Below, in pieces: positions 14,566 through 27,000 of a DNA stretch of 64,000 nt. The DNA is from Lama glama. Its lineage: Eukaryota. The position numbers were made by a program, and so were the translations under genes. Where the stretch lies: positions 81,594,001-81,658,000 of the forward strand of contig CM052817.1 of NCBI GenBank assembly GCA_028534125.1. Reading direction: 5' to 3'. The stretch's first letter is position 1. Each line of letters starts with the position of its first letter. The notes below the pieces were generated by a model that saw only the letters and a list, made by a program, of their open reading frames with translations, searched no databases and was not told the origin of the DNA.

Positions 14566-14637
14566 AAAAAATAAGTTCTAATGATGAACTGACAGCTAAT
14601 CTTTCCTTCTCATTAAAAATAAGCAAAAATTGTAAAC

Positions 14638-14780
14638 CAGTGTATCTCAAACTTTAATGTGCAGAGGAATCCTCTGGGGGCCTTAAAATTCACAGACAGG
14701 GCCTGAGATTTTTGCATTTCTAACAAGTTCCCAAGTGACACCTATGGGGTCTTGTCTAAAGACCATACCATCAGTAACTG
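14638..14780. mobile_element. MER5-like hAT-Charlie MITE
   Basis: cagtgtatctcaaactttaatgtgca...ggcctgagatttttgcatttctaacaagttcccaagtga. Confidence 0.7.
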
Positions 14781-15924
14781 TCAGACTGTAAATTTCCTGA
14801 TTCACAGGGACTTCATTTCCCAGTATTTCAGAAATGTAATTTCTCACACTGACTCCAATATTTCAAAGTGCCCTTTTGATCTGTTTACACTGAGGCAGTG
14901 CATTCTGGGAAGATTCAAGATGCATGTGAATCACAGCTTTCTTTTAGTAAGTAAGAAATGAACAATTGCAAAGTGACACATCTATCCATCACAGGTAGGT
15001 TTCTAGTCTGATACAGTTTAGGATAAGCCACACAAAAAACTGAAGATCTAGAAATTCATTTCTGTAAAACTCTCTAAGCCTAGATAACCCTTAGAAAATT
15101 TCTGTGTAGCCCAGGTGTGAATTTAGAATAGTCCTATTCACATAACAGATTCTCAACTGATGCTTAATGACTGAAGAAATATAGGTTTTAAATTATTTCT
15201 GAAATTTCTTGCTAATTTTTGTCCACAAAAGTGTGCATAGTGAATTTATTTATACCTCAATAGTTTTTCTTAAATAAACAAAGCCATATTCACCACCTAC
15301 TAGATAAAATTCTGAAGGGAGTCTTTTGCCAATAACATACATACCTGATTTGTAATTTAATGCTGCTTAAATGAGAATTCCAAAACAGATGTTGCACAAA
15401 CTTGTGTGACTAATGAAAATAAACTACCGTATCTCCACAGTCATTGAACTGGGATAGCTTTTGCATAATTCTCTTTGGGCTTCAAAAGTGATTTTTTTTT
15501 TCCTAAAGGAACAATCTAAAATAAACACCTTTGAGAAAGTAAAGGAAGAACATAAAACTAATATTATTTCTCAATCATGAAAAATGACTATTACATATCA
15601 GATATTTTATATGTTAACCACATGATTTTTCAAGATGGATCTTTTAACCTACGTACAAAGACAGAGTGAAATGTTTTATTTATTCCTATTTCTGAGCTTT
15701 TCTGTTATTAAAAGCTTATTTATTATGCCTCAGTAATTTGTGGGAAGTTGAGGATGAATGGCCAAGTCAATAAATTTTTTCTTTCCAGGTTCAGTACTTA
15801 TAAAACAATGCAAAACTGCATGATTAGAAAATGATGCTACAGCTTTTCATATCTTTATCTGTATTATGTATTTTTAGGTAATCTGATTTGCCATGCTTTG
15901 TCAAGTTTAATTTACATAATAACA

Positions 15925-16110
15925 TCCATTCACTGAGTATCTTCTATGTTCAAAGCGTTGGTCTAGGGGTTGTAAGGATCAAAGATCCACAGGGCATGAT
16001 TGTTCTCTTGAAAACGCCCCTCTATTGGGAATCACAGAATTATACACACTGAGTAATGAAGTAAGAGATGGAAAAGGCTTTATCCTGTTGGCTTTGGGGC
16101 AGGTAACTGG
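15925..16110 (-). mobile_element. L2 3' tail fragment
   Basis: catccattcactgagtatcttctatgttcaaagcgttggtctagggg. Confidence 0.5.
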
Positions 16111-18790
16111 AGGGAAGCCAAGACATGACAAATGTTTTGTGTTATTGCTGAAATTGTGGTGCACTGATATGGAAAAGTGAAACTATTCAACTTCATTCTT
16201 GAGTGACTAAGTCTCCTGGATGGTAAAGCAGTACATTCTCTTTTTTGGATTCTTAAAGTCAGTGATTAAATACAACCTGTCTCATTACTTGACTCAACGG
16301 GCTTCTATGGGAAAGAAGAGTAACTCTCTCTCTTCCATTCATTCGAAATGACTCTAGCATTGGGAAAAGTAGGATTCATTGTTTAAACTTAACAGAAAAT
16401 CCTTTTCTTTTTTTCTAGGTGACATTTATACTAACAATTTGACTTATATGGGTTTTGCAGCAGTTACACCTTCTAATTTTACTTTCTTCCCCTCCATCGG
16501 AAGTTGGAAAAGAGTAACTTTTCACAGGATTCTAACTTCAACATAGATGGTGTGATTGTCAACTGATTGTCAACTGTTTAAACTGATCACAGCCATTTAA
16601 CTACCACCGACTAGAATATAAGACAAAAATAAAAAACCTCACACAGAACATAGAGTTTTGAATTCAGAAAACTGCGGCTGCACTAGCTTGCTGTGTGACT
16701 GTGGAATGCAAAGCTGTAGCATGTGCACAACGGCTAGCTGACTACTATCAAGCAGAAAGGCCCACCATGGAATAACTACCCAGCTGGCTATTTGCAGGGT
16801 TGTGGGGAACAGAATTTTGTAAGTACTCTTACAGGTTCTGTTGTTTACAACCAAAAAGAAAGTAATTACTGCCATAAAACATGGTCTCACACAGCTTGGC
16901 AAGCCTCTATAAACCTTGGGAAGGACAATTGTGTTTGGACCCGGTGTCAGCAGGCCCATGGAGTGAGCTTTGATCGTCCAATTGAAGTAGACTATTGAGA
17001 CTGAATGGGAAGTGACTTCTTGTTGTAAATACCCTTGACCAATTATGGATGTTTACCTGAGAAATCAATGCACATATCTGCTGTTTTATTATGCCATTCC
17101 CTCCTAAATTACTTCTAGTGCATATCTGTTTAGTCCAACAGAGAAGAAAAGGAAAACGTGAAAGCATTCCAGAATGGCCTTTCCTTGCAAAGCGGCCAAT
17201 TGACGACCAAATCATGTGGTGCGCTTCTGTGTCCTGAAGCGCTGTGTTAACTTGTTAGCACAAATGCTGAGTTCTACATGCTGTCTTCTCAGCTTGAGAG
17301 TCATCCAGGTTATTGTTTACAGCATCACATCCTCACTGCAAACACAAAGGCCCAGTTGTGTTTCTTCCAGGAACTACCTTTGATGAGCTTTTAGATTTAC
17401 TGTTTACTCCCAGATGAGCTACGGCTGGATGATGATGTTAACCACATTGAAATATGGTCTCTGGTTCTCCCATTCATTTTGGCTGTCTCTGATAAACACA
17501 TTACAATAACTTGGCCCTTGTTTTGAACATAAAATGGGGTTATTCAATCAATGTTTGGTCGACACTCTCTCTTTTTTTTTTTTACTGACAGTTTTGTAAT
17601 TCAGTTAGATACTGGAAACAATATATATTCTTGAATGTTATTGCCATTAGAGAAGCTTTTTACCCCAATAAGATTTTATTAACAGAGCTAATCGAGTTAA
17701 TGTCATTTTGGTGTTTACTTCCAGTGTCAGCCGTTCTGTTTGCCGCCCTGGCTCCACACTGACACATTCTCTACGTCCTCCCAGGGCCTACACCACTCCC
17801 TGGGCATGACCACCACCTGCACAATTCAGAAGATTGTACTTCTGAATAAACTGGGGTTATGGGAGGTAGAGAATACCAAATCATTTGAAAGAAAACTCGG
17901 TCAGATGGGAAGAGGGAAGAGTGCAGAAAAAATGGAAACATAATTTATCAACTGTCAAAAAGTGTTTCCTACTTTATGCCAATAAAATTAACTTGCAAGG
18001 AATTAGTAATAGTGGGTTTATGTGAACTGTTTACAGGTCAGAGATTCTTTAGTCTTCTTATTTGTCTATATTAATTGTTTGTTAGCAATCAATTGTTATT
18101 AATTTAATAGCTGACTGATTTACAAATATAATACATAAAGGGGAATTCCTGCCAAGACTTATGAATTGGCATGTGTAAGAAAATGTACCTAACAGGTCTT
18201 TAGATAAGAGTAATAGAATCAATTAAAAATTAAGCCAATTATAACAGTATTACAGTTTACCTGAAATTATCCATATGTTTAGACTTAAATAAAGTAAAAA
18301 TATGTTGCTATTATTATTATTGATATGAACATTCTATTATTGATATCAGTGGCTGCAGCAGCTCGTGATTTAATCCAAGCAGATGTAGTTGGCACATGCC
18401 AACATAATTTAATTGGCAGCTTTGCAAGGAAAGGCCAAACTGGAATGCTTTCAGATTTTCCTTTTCTTTTCCATTAGACTAAACAGATATGTACTTCCTG
18501 GGGATTTCAAAGAGCTGCAGGAACTCTTCAAGAAAAAGTAAAACTATTTTGAAAATCAAATGTGAGAATATGAAAGACAAAAATAATAATACCCAGGAGA
18601 ATTCTTAGTGACCACAATTTGTCTTATGATGCTTAAAAAAAAATAAAACCATGCTACTTTATGAGTCATCAGACTTATTCTGTAACTAGTTTTGACCACT
18701 TTAGTTCTTGAGATAGCGTCCCACGAAGGATAGGAGTACACAGAATCTTCACCCTTGTAGCAAAGTGAAAATTGCTAAGTGTGATTTAAT

Positions 18791-19301
18791 TGTCAGCTGA
18801 AATAAAACCACACAACATGAGAGTTCTGGATTAAGTTTTGTTTGGGGCAGAATGAGGACGATAGCCCGGAAGACAGCATCTCAGAAAGCTCTGAGGAACT
18901 GCTCCGAAGAGGCAGGGGGAAGGTCAGTATTATATATAATTTTAGTGAAGGAGGGTTACATGCAGTCAAGCACACATTTAGGCAGAGGCTTGCTTCTAGT
19001 CACAAGGAGCAGGTGTCACTGTTAATGATTTTAGTGGTTTTCTAGCTATGAGGAGACTCAAGAATTTGGGCTCATAAAATCCTCTCCAGAAAATATCTAA
19101 TTATCTGAGTCCTGTTCTGCCAGCTTTCCCAGAGCACAGAGTGTCTCACTCCTGATCTCCACCCTGAACTCCTCTCAGGGAGTTCTGGAAGTCAGTGGCG
19201 GCAGTGGCTTGTGATTTAATCCAAGCAGAGGTATTTGGCGTGTGCCAACGTAATTCAATCTTTGAGGAAGGCAGATGGCAAGTGCCAATTTTTAGCTGGC
19301 A
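18791..19301 (-). mobile_element. ERV1-type solo LTR (511 bp)
   Basis: TG...CA termini with imperfect inverted repeats (tgtcagctgaaa / tttagctggca); flanks taat / tagt form a 4-bp TSD (3/4); internal gacagcatctcagaaagctctgaggaactgctccgaag and cctgatctccaccctgaactcc are typical of laurasiatherian ERV1 LTRs. Confidence 0.8.
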
Positions 19302-20001
19302 TAGTTGAATGCTGATTTATTGAAAATAAAATAGAGATTTCAAAATAAGATTAGGTTCTGGTTTAAATAATCAAGTATTTTTATCCTATATAAATAAATA
19401 AATAAGATCATCTCAAATATGATTTTTAGTGTAATTAATTTATGGGCTTGCTATTAGTCAGAGATATCCTTAAAAGTGAGATTATTAAATTTCCTTGTTA
19501 GCCTATTTTCAGTCACCTGTTTCAGTTTTCCACTTGAGTCAGTGGAAAGGTATTTAATTTAATGCTTATATTCTCATGGGTGTGGACCAAACACAGCACA
19601 ACTTGGCACTTAGTAGATGTTAGTTCGATTTGTAGCTGAATGAATAAATGAATTGTTGAGCCAAAGCTTAAAACTGGAATTACTACAATAGTTCTTACAT
19701 TAGCTTTTAGCAAGGTATAGTATACATTGGTTTGTATATATAAAGTAAATGTTATACTTACTTATTCCTTCAGCAGTTTGCAGATTTTTTTTCTGAACAA
19801 GTTACTAAGATATTCCCACAGATCTTTATCAGTGTCATCAAATCAAAAGAATAATATAATTTTGCTTTTATGAAATTGTATCTTGAAATAAATTAATGTT
19901 AAGTACTTAAAGCACCTTGTATTTCAAAAGGGCTAAGTTAACTATAAATAACATTTTTATTAGATGGAATTTGAAGGTAAGATTATGTATATATATTTTT
20001 A

Positions 20002-20519
20002 ATAGATTTTTTTTAAGGGCAGTTTCAGGTTTACAGCAGAGTCAAGCAGAAAATAGAGTTCCCACCTAGCCCTCCCCACCCATACATATATGGTCCCCTA
20101 CCCTCAACATCCCTCATCAGTGTGGTATATTTGGTACAATCAATGAACTAACATGAACACATTAACAACCAAATTCCATACTTTACATTAGGGTTCACTC
20201 TTGATGTTGTACATTCTATGGGTTTTGACAAATGCATAATGACATGTAGCCACCACTACAGTGTCAATACAGAATAATTTCATTGCCCTAAAAATCCCTT
20301 GTGCTCCATCTATTCATCCTTCCCTCCCTCCCTCTCCCCAAACCCCTGGAAACCACGATCTTTTTATTGTTTCTGTAGCTGTGCCTTTTCCAGAATGTCA
20401 TTTGGTTGGAATCATACAGCTTGTAGCCTTTTCACACTGGCTTCTTGCATTTAGTAATATGTTTTTTAAATTTCTTTCATCGCTTTCATGGCTTGATAGC
20501 TCATTTTTTTTCACTGCAC
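20002..20519 (-). mobile_element. Older L1 3' end (L1MC1/2-like)
   Basis: tacattagggttcactcttgatgttgtacattctatgggttttgacaaatg and ttccagaatgtcatttggttggaatcatacag. Flanking atatattttta at 19991-20001 and 20520-20530. Confidence 0.8.
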
Positions 20520-20634
20520 ATATATTTTTAAAATTTACATATATGTACTGTTCATTGTTTCTAAGAACATTTAGAGCTTTAGCTTTTTAAACTTACATAG
20601 TTATCAAAGGAATAAAGCGAACCACAAAATAAAA

Positions 20635-21018
20635 ATTAATTCAAAAAGATACATACACCTTTCTATTAACAGCAACATCATTTATAATTGCCAAGATATG
20701 GAAGCATCCTAAGGGCACATCAACAGTTGACTAGATAATGAAGATGCAGCATGCATACATGTGATGGAAAACAGCGCACCATGAAAAGAAGGATACTTTG
20801 CCATTTGCGGCCCTTCATTCACTTTTTTTTCACTTCAAAACCCAGAATTTTATAACTGGCATAAACATTTCCATTACATCAAAAACAACAAAATACCTAG
20901 AAATAAACTTTACCTAGGAGGTTACCTATACTCTGAAAAGTGAAATGACACAAAGAAATGGAAAGATTTCTTGTGCTCTTGGATCGAAAGAATCAACACT
21001 ATCAAAATGGCCACACTA
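20635..21018 (+). mobile_element. Two L1 ORF2 fragments in non-colinear order
   Basis: 20635-20810 is the ORF2 3' end (aaagatacatacacc...ataattgccaagatatggaagc...tgccatttgc). 20865-21018 is from further upstream in ORF2 (aaaatacctagaaataaac...gaaatggaaagat...gaatcaacactatcaaaatggccacacta). Confidence 0.7.
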
Positions 21019-22039
21019 ATATTCTCTCCCTAAGATGAGTAAAATAGAAAGTAAATTGTTATCTGGAAAAATGATCATTTTATTATAAGGATAAAAATAT
21101 ATTTTTCCACTATGACTACTTTTTGTGGAGGAAAACTTAACATTTAACCATTATTTTATTTCAAGGTTTGGTCATGTTTTAAAGCAGACTCAAGATTTGC
21201 ACAGCCACATGCAGCATACCCTCCAGTGTTCTGCAAAAACAATTGCACACATTAGATGATAACTCCTCTAGAAATAACATGAACAAGCTAGTTTCGAACC
21301 GAGGTTTCAGTCTGCTGGCTTTTCTAGCAGTGTCAAATAAAATTTGCTCTGCATTTGCCATTTCAGACTTAGCTTTACTATCAATCAAAAGAAATTTCAC
21401 ATTTTTTTCATTGCCTGTTTTCTTGGTGTTATCCAAGAAAACAGAAACAGATGATTTTTATCTTTCCTCCTTACTATCATTTTTCCTTATTCCTGAGCCA
21501 GCACCCAGTTTCTTCAAATACCTTTTGTAACAGAGTGGCTGCTTTATAATTAAGTAGTTGGCGCTACAGAGCCACCGTATGCTCTGTCTTTCTTACTTTA
21601 ATGGGTTAACAGATTAAATGTCGCAGCTGAGGAGGACCGCTGGCAACAGCCTCTGGGGCAGACACTCAGGTGGCAGGGATTCTCAGCAGTGCTCACCCAT
21701 CACTTAAGTTACAATGTCAATTTCTCTGAACATGAAATATAAATGACTATAAATTAAATTTAAGTGATAGTATTTTGCCCTAAGACTAATTGGAAGAACC
21801 TGGAGGTGTAGTAATGATTAAAACTGGATTGTCTCATCAAGGGACAATGGCATCTTATAGTATTTCTAGAAATTGAATTCAGAAGCACTGTGGAGTTAAG
21901 ATAGGTACCTCTAAAAATAGATGATGACCTTCTACATTAAATATACATACACACACCCCAGTGATTGATGAATTATTCATCACAGTAACAAAGTACATTA
22001 TATATTTTAAAAAGAAATTCTAACCACAGACTTCTTAAT

Positions 22040-22042
<3 letters not shown>

Positions 22043-22082
<40 letters not shown>
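22043..22082 (+). repeat. (CA)20 microsatellite
   Basis: Read directly from the sequence. Confidence 0.98.
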
Positions 22083-22089
<7 letters not shown>

Positions 22090-22859
22090 AAATAACATGC
22101 TATATTGTTGAGCGACATTTGGCTTGCAGTCTTGATTTCAGCCTTCTGCTCAAATATTACCATAGGTTCCCTTCTCAAATTTCACAAACAAATCTATGTT
22201 GTTTATTAATTCTATTTAATAGATTTTGGAAGACTGAACTATAGTTTTAAATCTGTCTCAGATCCTTTGTAGATTTGAAAAATAACTGTATTAGTGTTAT
22301 ATAAACCATAAAATTTTTGATCAATTAAAAACTTTTATTATGGGAGTTACTAGTAATTTTTAAGTGCACCTTCAAAAATAATAAATACATTGAGATTAGA
22401 GGAAAAAAGAAGTTGGGCAAATATTATTGCATTGACATTTTTAAAAACTGTATTGTATATTCAGAGGCAACAGATGTCCTGATGGACTATTTTGAGGCGA
22501 TCTCATACTCTTCATCTTGATTGCTTAGGTCATAATTGTTGTCTACCTTGTCATCTGGTAATTCACCCTATCAGTTTCCATCCAGGCTGCCACATTCATT
22601 CTCTATTAGTTTACTCTCAGATAAACCAGGATTACTGTTTCTTCTACATATTTGCTGTGAAGTATTTGTTCATGGGTGAAAGCTCAAAGTTTTGCTTTTT
22701 GAAGAACTTATACCAGTCTTTGCACGCTGACAATGCCCGAGATTTGGGGACATGTTTTTCTGAACATAGACATAGGCATAGAGTTTATTTCTTTCAACTT
22801 CAGCCCTATACAGTAAGAAGGAATAAAAAATAAGAGAAAAATAATTTGCATGCCTCCAT

Positions 22860-22935
22860 TTATAAGGTCTTGGGCAACTCATTTAATTTCTCTGGGTCTC
22901 AGTATCTAAGTCTATAAAATGAGTGAGTTTGCGTT
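22860..22935 (+). mobile_element. MIR core
   Basis: cttgggcaactcatttaatttctctgggtctcagtatctaagtctataaaatgag. Confidence 0.6.
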
Positions 22936-23929
22936 GGCTACAAGAAGTGAGAGCAATTAGATTATTTACAGTATGCTATTCAGCTAGAAAATTATAGAAT
23001 TTTAAGGCTTGGCTTTGGAAATGGCTTGGTTTGATGTTTATTTAAAAGGAAAAAGAAAGAAGAAGAAAAACAAACTCTGGACTAGGCCCCTTATGTAACT
23101 TAATTCATTTTTATATTTGTTGAATAAGGTCAGATAAAAAAAAAAGTTTCATGCTTATGTAACAGGCTCAGAAAATCAATTGTCAGGATAAGTTAGGGTA
23201 AAAGAGACAAAAGGTCCCATTTCAGGTTGTAAGCCTGAGGTGAAGGTGAGCACACAGTTGCCTTAAGCAAGAACCGGACTGCAATATTGACTATTGCCTT
23301 GAAGTGGAAATGTAAAGATAAATTACCGTGACTTTCAACAGTGGAGAACTTTTTATTGCTGAGGAGGTGAATACATTAAAAAAAAGAATTCGTTGTATTT
23401 TAAGGAAAAATTACCATGGAAGAGAATTATATCAGGCTTTAGTTATCTTGATACAGAAACTCCTGGTGATAGGTTTGCCTGAATTGAAGAATTGCTTGGG
23501 CCAAATAATTAGTCAGTTAGATAAAGATTTTAATGATTTCTTTTTTATTGAATTGACTTACTATTTTCGTGTCAATAACCAGATTTGTTTTACATTAAAT
23601 TTAAGGGCAAAAGGAGTTAAATGAGGTGGAATAGGATGAAGCATTTGTCCCATAAAACATATTTTATATCATACAACAAATCATGAAAAAGAATCTTAGA
23701 GTGGCTCCATGATTGTAATGGTTGTGGTGTATGTAGCAACCCTAGGTTCACTGAATTTGTATTAATTTGTATTATCAGGAAGAGGAACAGTGAATTGGGA
23801 TGCTGAATTAAGTTGGGGGTGAAAATTCAGAGTTAGAGCAGACAAAAATAGCCAAAGTTATTCCCTATGTAATCATTGGGATATTGGTGTGAATTGTACT
23901 AGACTTTACAGAAGATGAAGATAATGTGA

Positions 23930-24440
23930 TAACAGACACCTGAAACATTTAGAATATTTCGTATTATTTACTGAGTCCCACATTTTTACTCTGCATGTGA
24001 ACGTGACTGAAATAGCATATCAATTAGTACTTCAACAAAAACTTGTGATGTATACAATTAGGAGGAAAAGTGAGGATGAATGTTTGGTAGTAAAATATGA
24101 AGCAGACAAGGTATCTGAATATGACAATTACAGTACATCAATGAAACAGGATATCTTGAACCCAATAAAAAAAGTAAAGTACCTATGTATGTCCTAATAC
24201 GAAAGCTGTCCAAGATGTAGCATTAGGTGAAAAATGCAATACACTCAATGACGTGTTTAGAGTGATTCTCTTTGTTTATTCTTAAAAACAATACATAAAA
24301 TCATGCTGTTTCATGTATTTTTGTAAAAGAAAACAAATAAAACAGTGCTATTCAAGGCAGGCACTCGATTTTCACTTTTTATACCTTTATTTGCTGTCTG
24401 AATTCTCTAAGAACGTATTTTACTTTTGTTATTTTAAAAA
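23930..24440 (+). mobile_element. Ancient L1ME-like 3' fragment
   Basis: A-rich; gaaagctgtccaagatgtagcattaggtgaaaaatgcaa and ttttcactttttatacc resemble old L1ME 3' ends. Confidence 0.45.
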
Positions 24441-26329
24441 TAAAATGCAATAAATATTATCTGAAAGGAAGATTTACGGGTTATTTTCTCTTCATATTGT
24501 CCCCAGTTAGAGAAATGTTAATAATAAATCAAAATTAAAAAAATTTAAACCACAGGGAAGACAGCATTTGTGTTTGATTATAAAAATCCCACTAATTGCA
24601 TCAAGATTTATCTAAGTGTCTTATAAGCAATCTTAAGCTAGTCTCACAATTATCTGAGAAATTCTTAGGCTAATCAAAAGTTCTAGTGAACTATGCTACA
24701 CTAAAGTAAACCTACCTCCACGAAAGCCTTAGTGTTGCCTTCAAATGTCAAAAGAATAGCTCTGAGTACAATACAATGTCTTATCATAGGGCCTCTGTGA
24801 ACACACGGAGGCCCCACCAAGAATAAACTTCAAACTACATCAGCCAAGCTTCTCACTAAGATGCTGGTGTAAATCTGGCCAAGTACCAGAAATGAGTTAA
24901 TGGGGAAGGTTCTAGTTTCCCTGTCATAAAACCCCAATATCCTGTTCAATAATACTCAGTCATGTGACATTGATATGTATTGTCCATTGCAATCAAATTC
25001 CAAACTAAACCAAGAATCATTAATTATAACTTAAAATGACTCCAATCACTGGTCTATGAAAGTTTAGTTCTTTATAGCACCACTGAGTACAAAATATTTC
25101 TAACACTGATGGTCAGCTGGAAATTGTAGTCAGGTTGGCAGTAACTGTACAACCTAGGTATCACTGTAAGAAAATGAGGGATGAAACATTAAATAAAAGG
25201 AGCTCTATTTTTCAGTTAATGTGACTAGAATTACTTGATTTCCAGCATCAGAGCCATGAAAATGGGTAAGCTTAGTCCCATGGATGAATCAGCAGGATGG
25301 AGGGTCTCCACCTTCCATTTTATCCCCAGTTCTGGTTCATGAACTTGCCACCAGCAACCTGAGGCCCCAGATTGGAGACCCTTCCTCTTTGGGCCAATGG
25401 GGTCTCTAAGTATCTCAAATAGAAAGTGGCAACTGGGTGTTTAGACTTAATTCATTACAAGGGATGAAGATTTTTAGTGAAAGAGTTAATTTACTTACCA
25501 ACATTTTAGCAGGAATGTGATTTCAAGCATAACTTTGTGGTTATGAGTCAGCACATTCAAATGCCAGTTTATTCCCCGTAGGTTTTTCAGGAATGAACAG
25601 TCTTATGTCTCAGTCTGCTGCTGTCCTGGAGGGCTCTTCCTGCACCAAGAGTTGGTTAGATGCTGTCCATTCCTGGTCTTTGGCACTCACATTCTGGCTC
25701 ACAAGTTCATGGCCCTTAGAACCATGCTTTCTGTTTCTGATTGAGGATAATGTTCTGAGTGGCATTTTGGTGGAGTCAGAAGGATTACAGTCCTTTCCTT
25801 CTGGATCTGGGATTTAATTTCTATTTTCAAGAGGAGTAATATGCTCCATTTGCTAGCTCCATCAGTCTGTCATCATGCCTGATTCCTAAAACCTGGAGAA
25901 GATGCCTCCTCAACTCCCCTCCCCAACCCCTCAACACCACACACACACACACCTTTTTAGCTCCATTTTCTACTCTTGATTTTGGGTCAAGACTGAAATC
26001 TTTGCAATAACCTCTAGCAAGCTGTTGTTGGCCGAATTTCCTAATCCAAACAATTTGAATACTTCTTAGATTATCAAATCTTAGATGATTTTCTCAACTC
26101 ATCTTGCACATTAGTTCAACTACTAAGATTTTTTTTCCTGTTTGAGTCATTCTAAAGGGATCTGACCTCTACGCTTGCCTTCCACACAGACTACTCACAT
26201 TTTGATCTGCCATATTGTTCTCACATCTATCCTTTGTAAAGGAAAATAAAGTTCTAAAATAGTCTTAAGAAGTCTCTATGAATTCAAGATTGTCTTTGAT
26301 CATTTTTGGAGAGTTTTTGTTCACAAACA

Positions 26330-27000
26330 ATGTACTTCCCTCAGGAAAAACAGAAAGTCTCTAACACAAATGAACATATTTGGAAATAAATATACTGAAG
26401 GATGGCTCATGTAATCAAAGCTAAATAGAAAGGACCTGAAAAGAGAAGGAGCTTGATGAGGAGCAAAAAAAGGGGTAGAGGGTTGTAGGCCTTTGCAAAT
26501 TCAAAGAAAAAAAGTGACTGATGATGACGGAATCAGAAACTGAATGGTTGTGGTACATATTGAAATCACCCAGGGGGATGGTAGTACCTAGGGAAGACTC
26601 AAAGAAGATGCTTTAATGTTCAAAGAATGGTCATTAGTAGCCTTGATATTGGGAAAGAATAGCAAAGTGTAAGAATAAAGGGGCAGAACAACATTTGAAA
26701 AGGGTGTAGGGTGCTCGTGTTCAGAAGCAGCGGTCAGGAGCGTGTAGGGCACCATCCCACCTTCTGATTCGGAGGCAGTGGGGTGACACACAATATTAGC
26801 TGCTTCCTCAGAGAAGTCTTCAGGGGGGACAGTCTCCTCATTGTTTACCACAGTTGAAGAAAGTGAAAAGGTGAAGTAAGATTTTATATAGCGAGGGAAG
26901 TTCCAAAAAAAGCAATATAAAGGTTTTGGGAAATGAATCCAGTAGGTAATTCAAGGATTGGTATAAAGTTGAGTATCAGTTGTTTGGTTTCTGTATCCTT
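26330..27000 (-). mobile_element. L2 fragment
   Basis: tacatattgaaatcacccagggggatgg and aagatgctttaatgttcaaagaatgg in a purine-rich L2 antisense context. Confidence 0.5.

Noticed and set aside
15770..16430. Isolated strong splice acceptors (tttccag|G ~15788, ttttctag|G ~16418)
   Set aside because: No matching donors or open frames found; such motifs are common in T-rich DNA.
23328..23624. 98-aa ORF with helical-looking composition
   Set aside because: GTG start, no recognisable homology and no convincing splice context.
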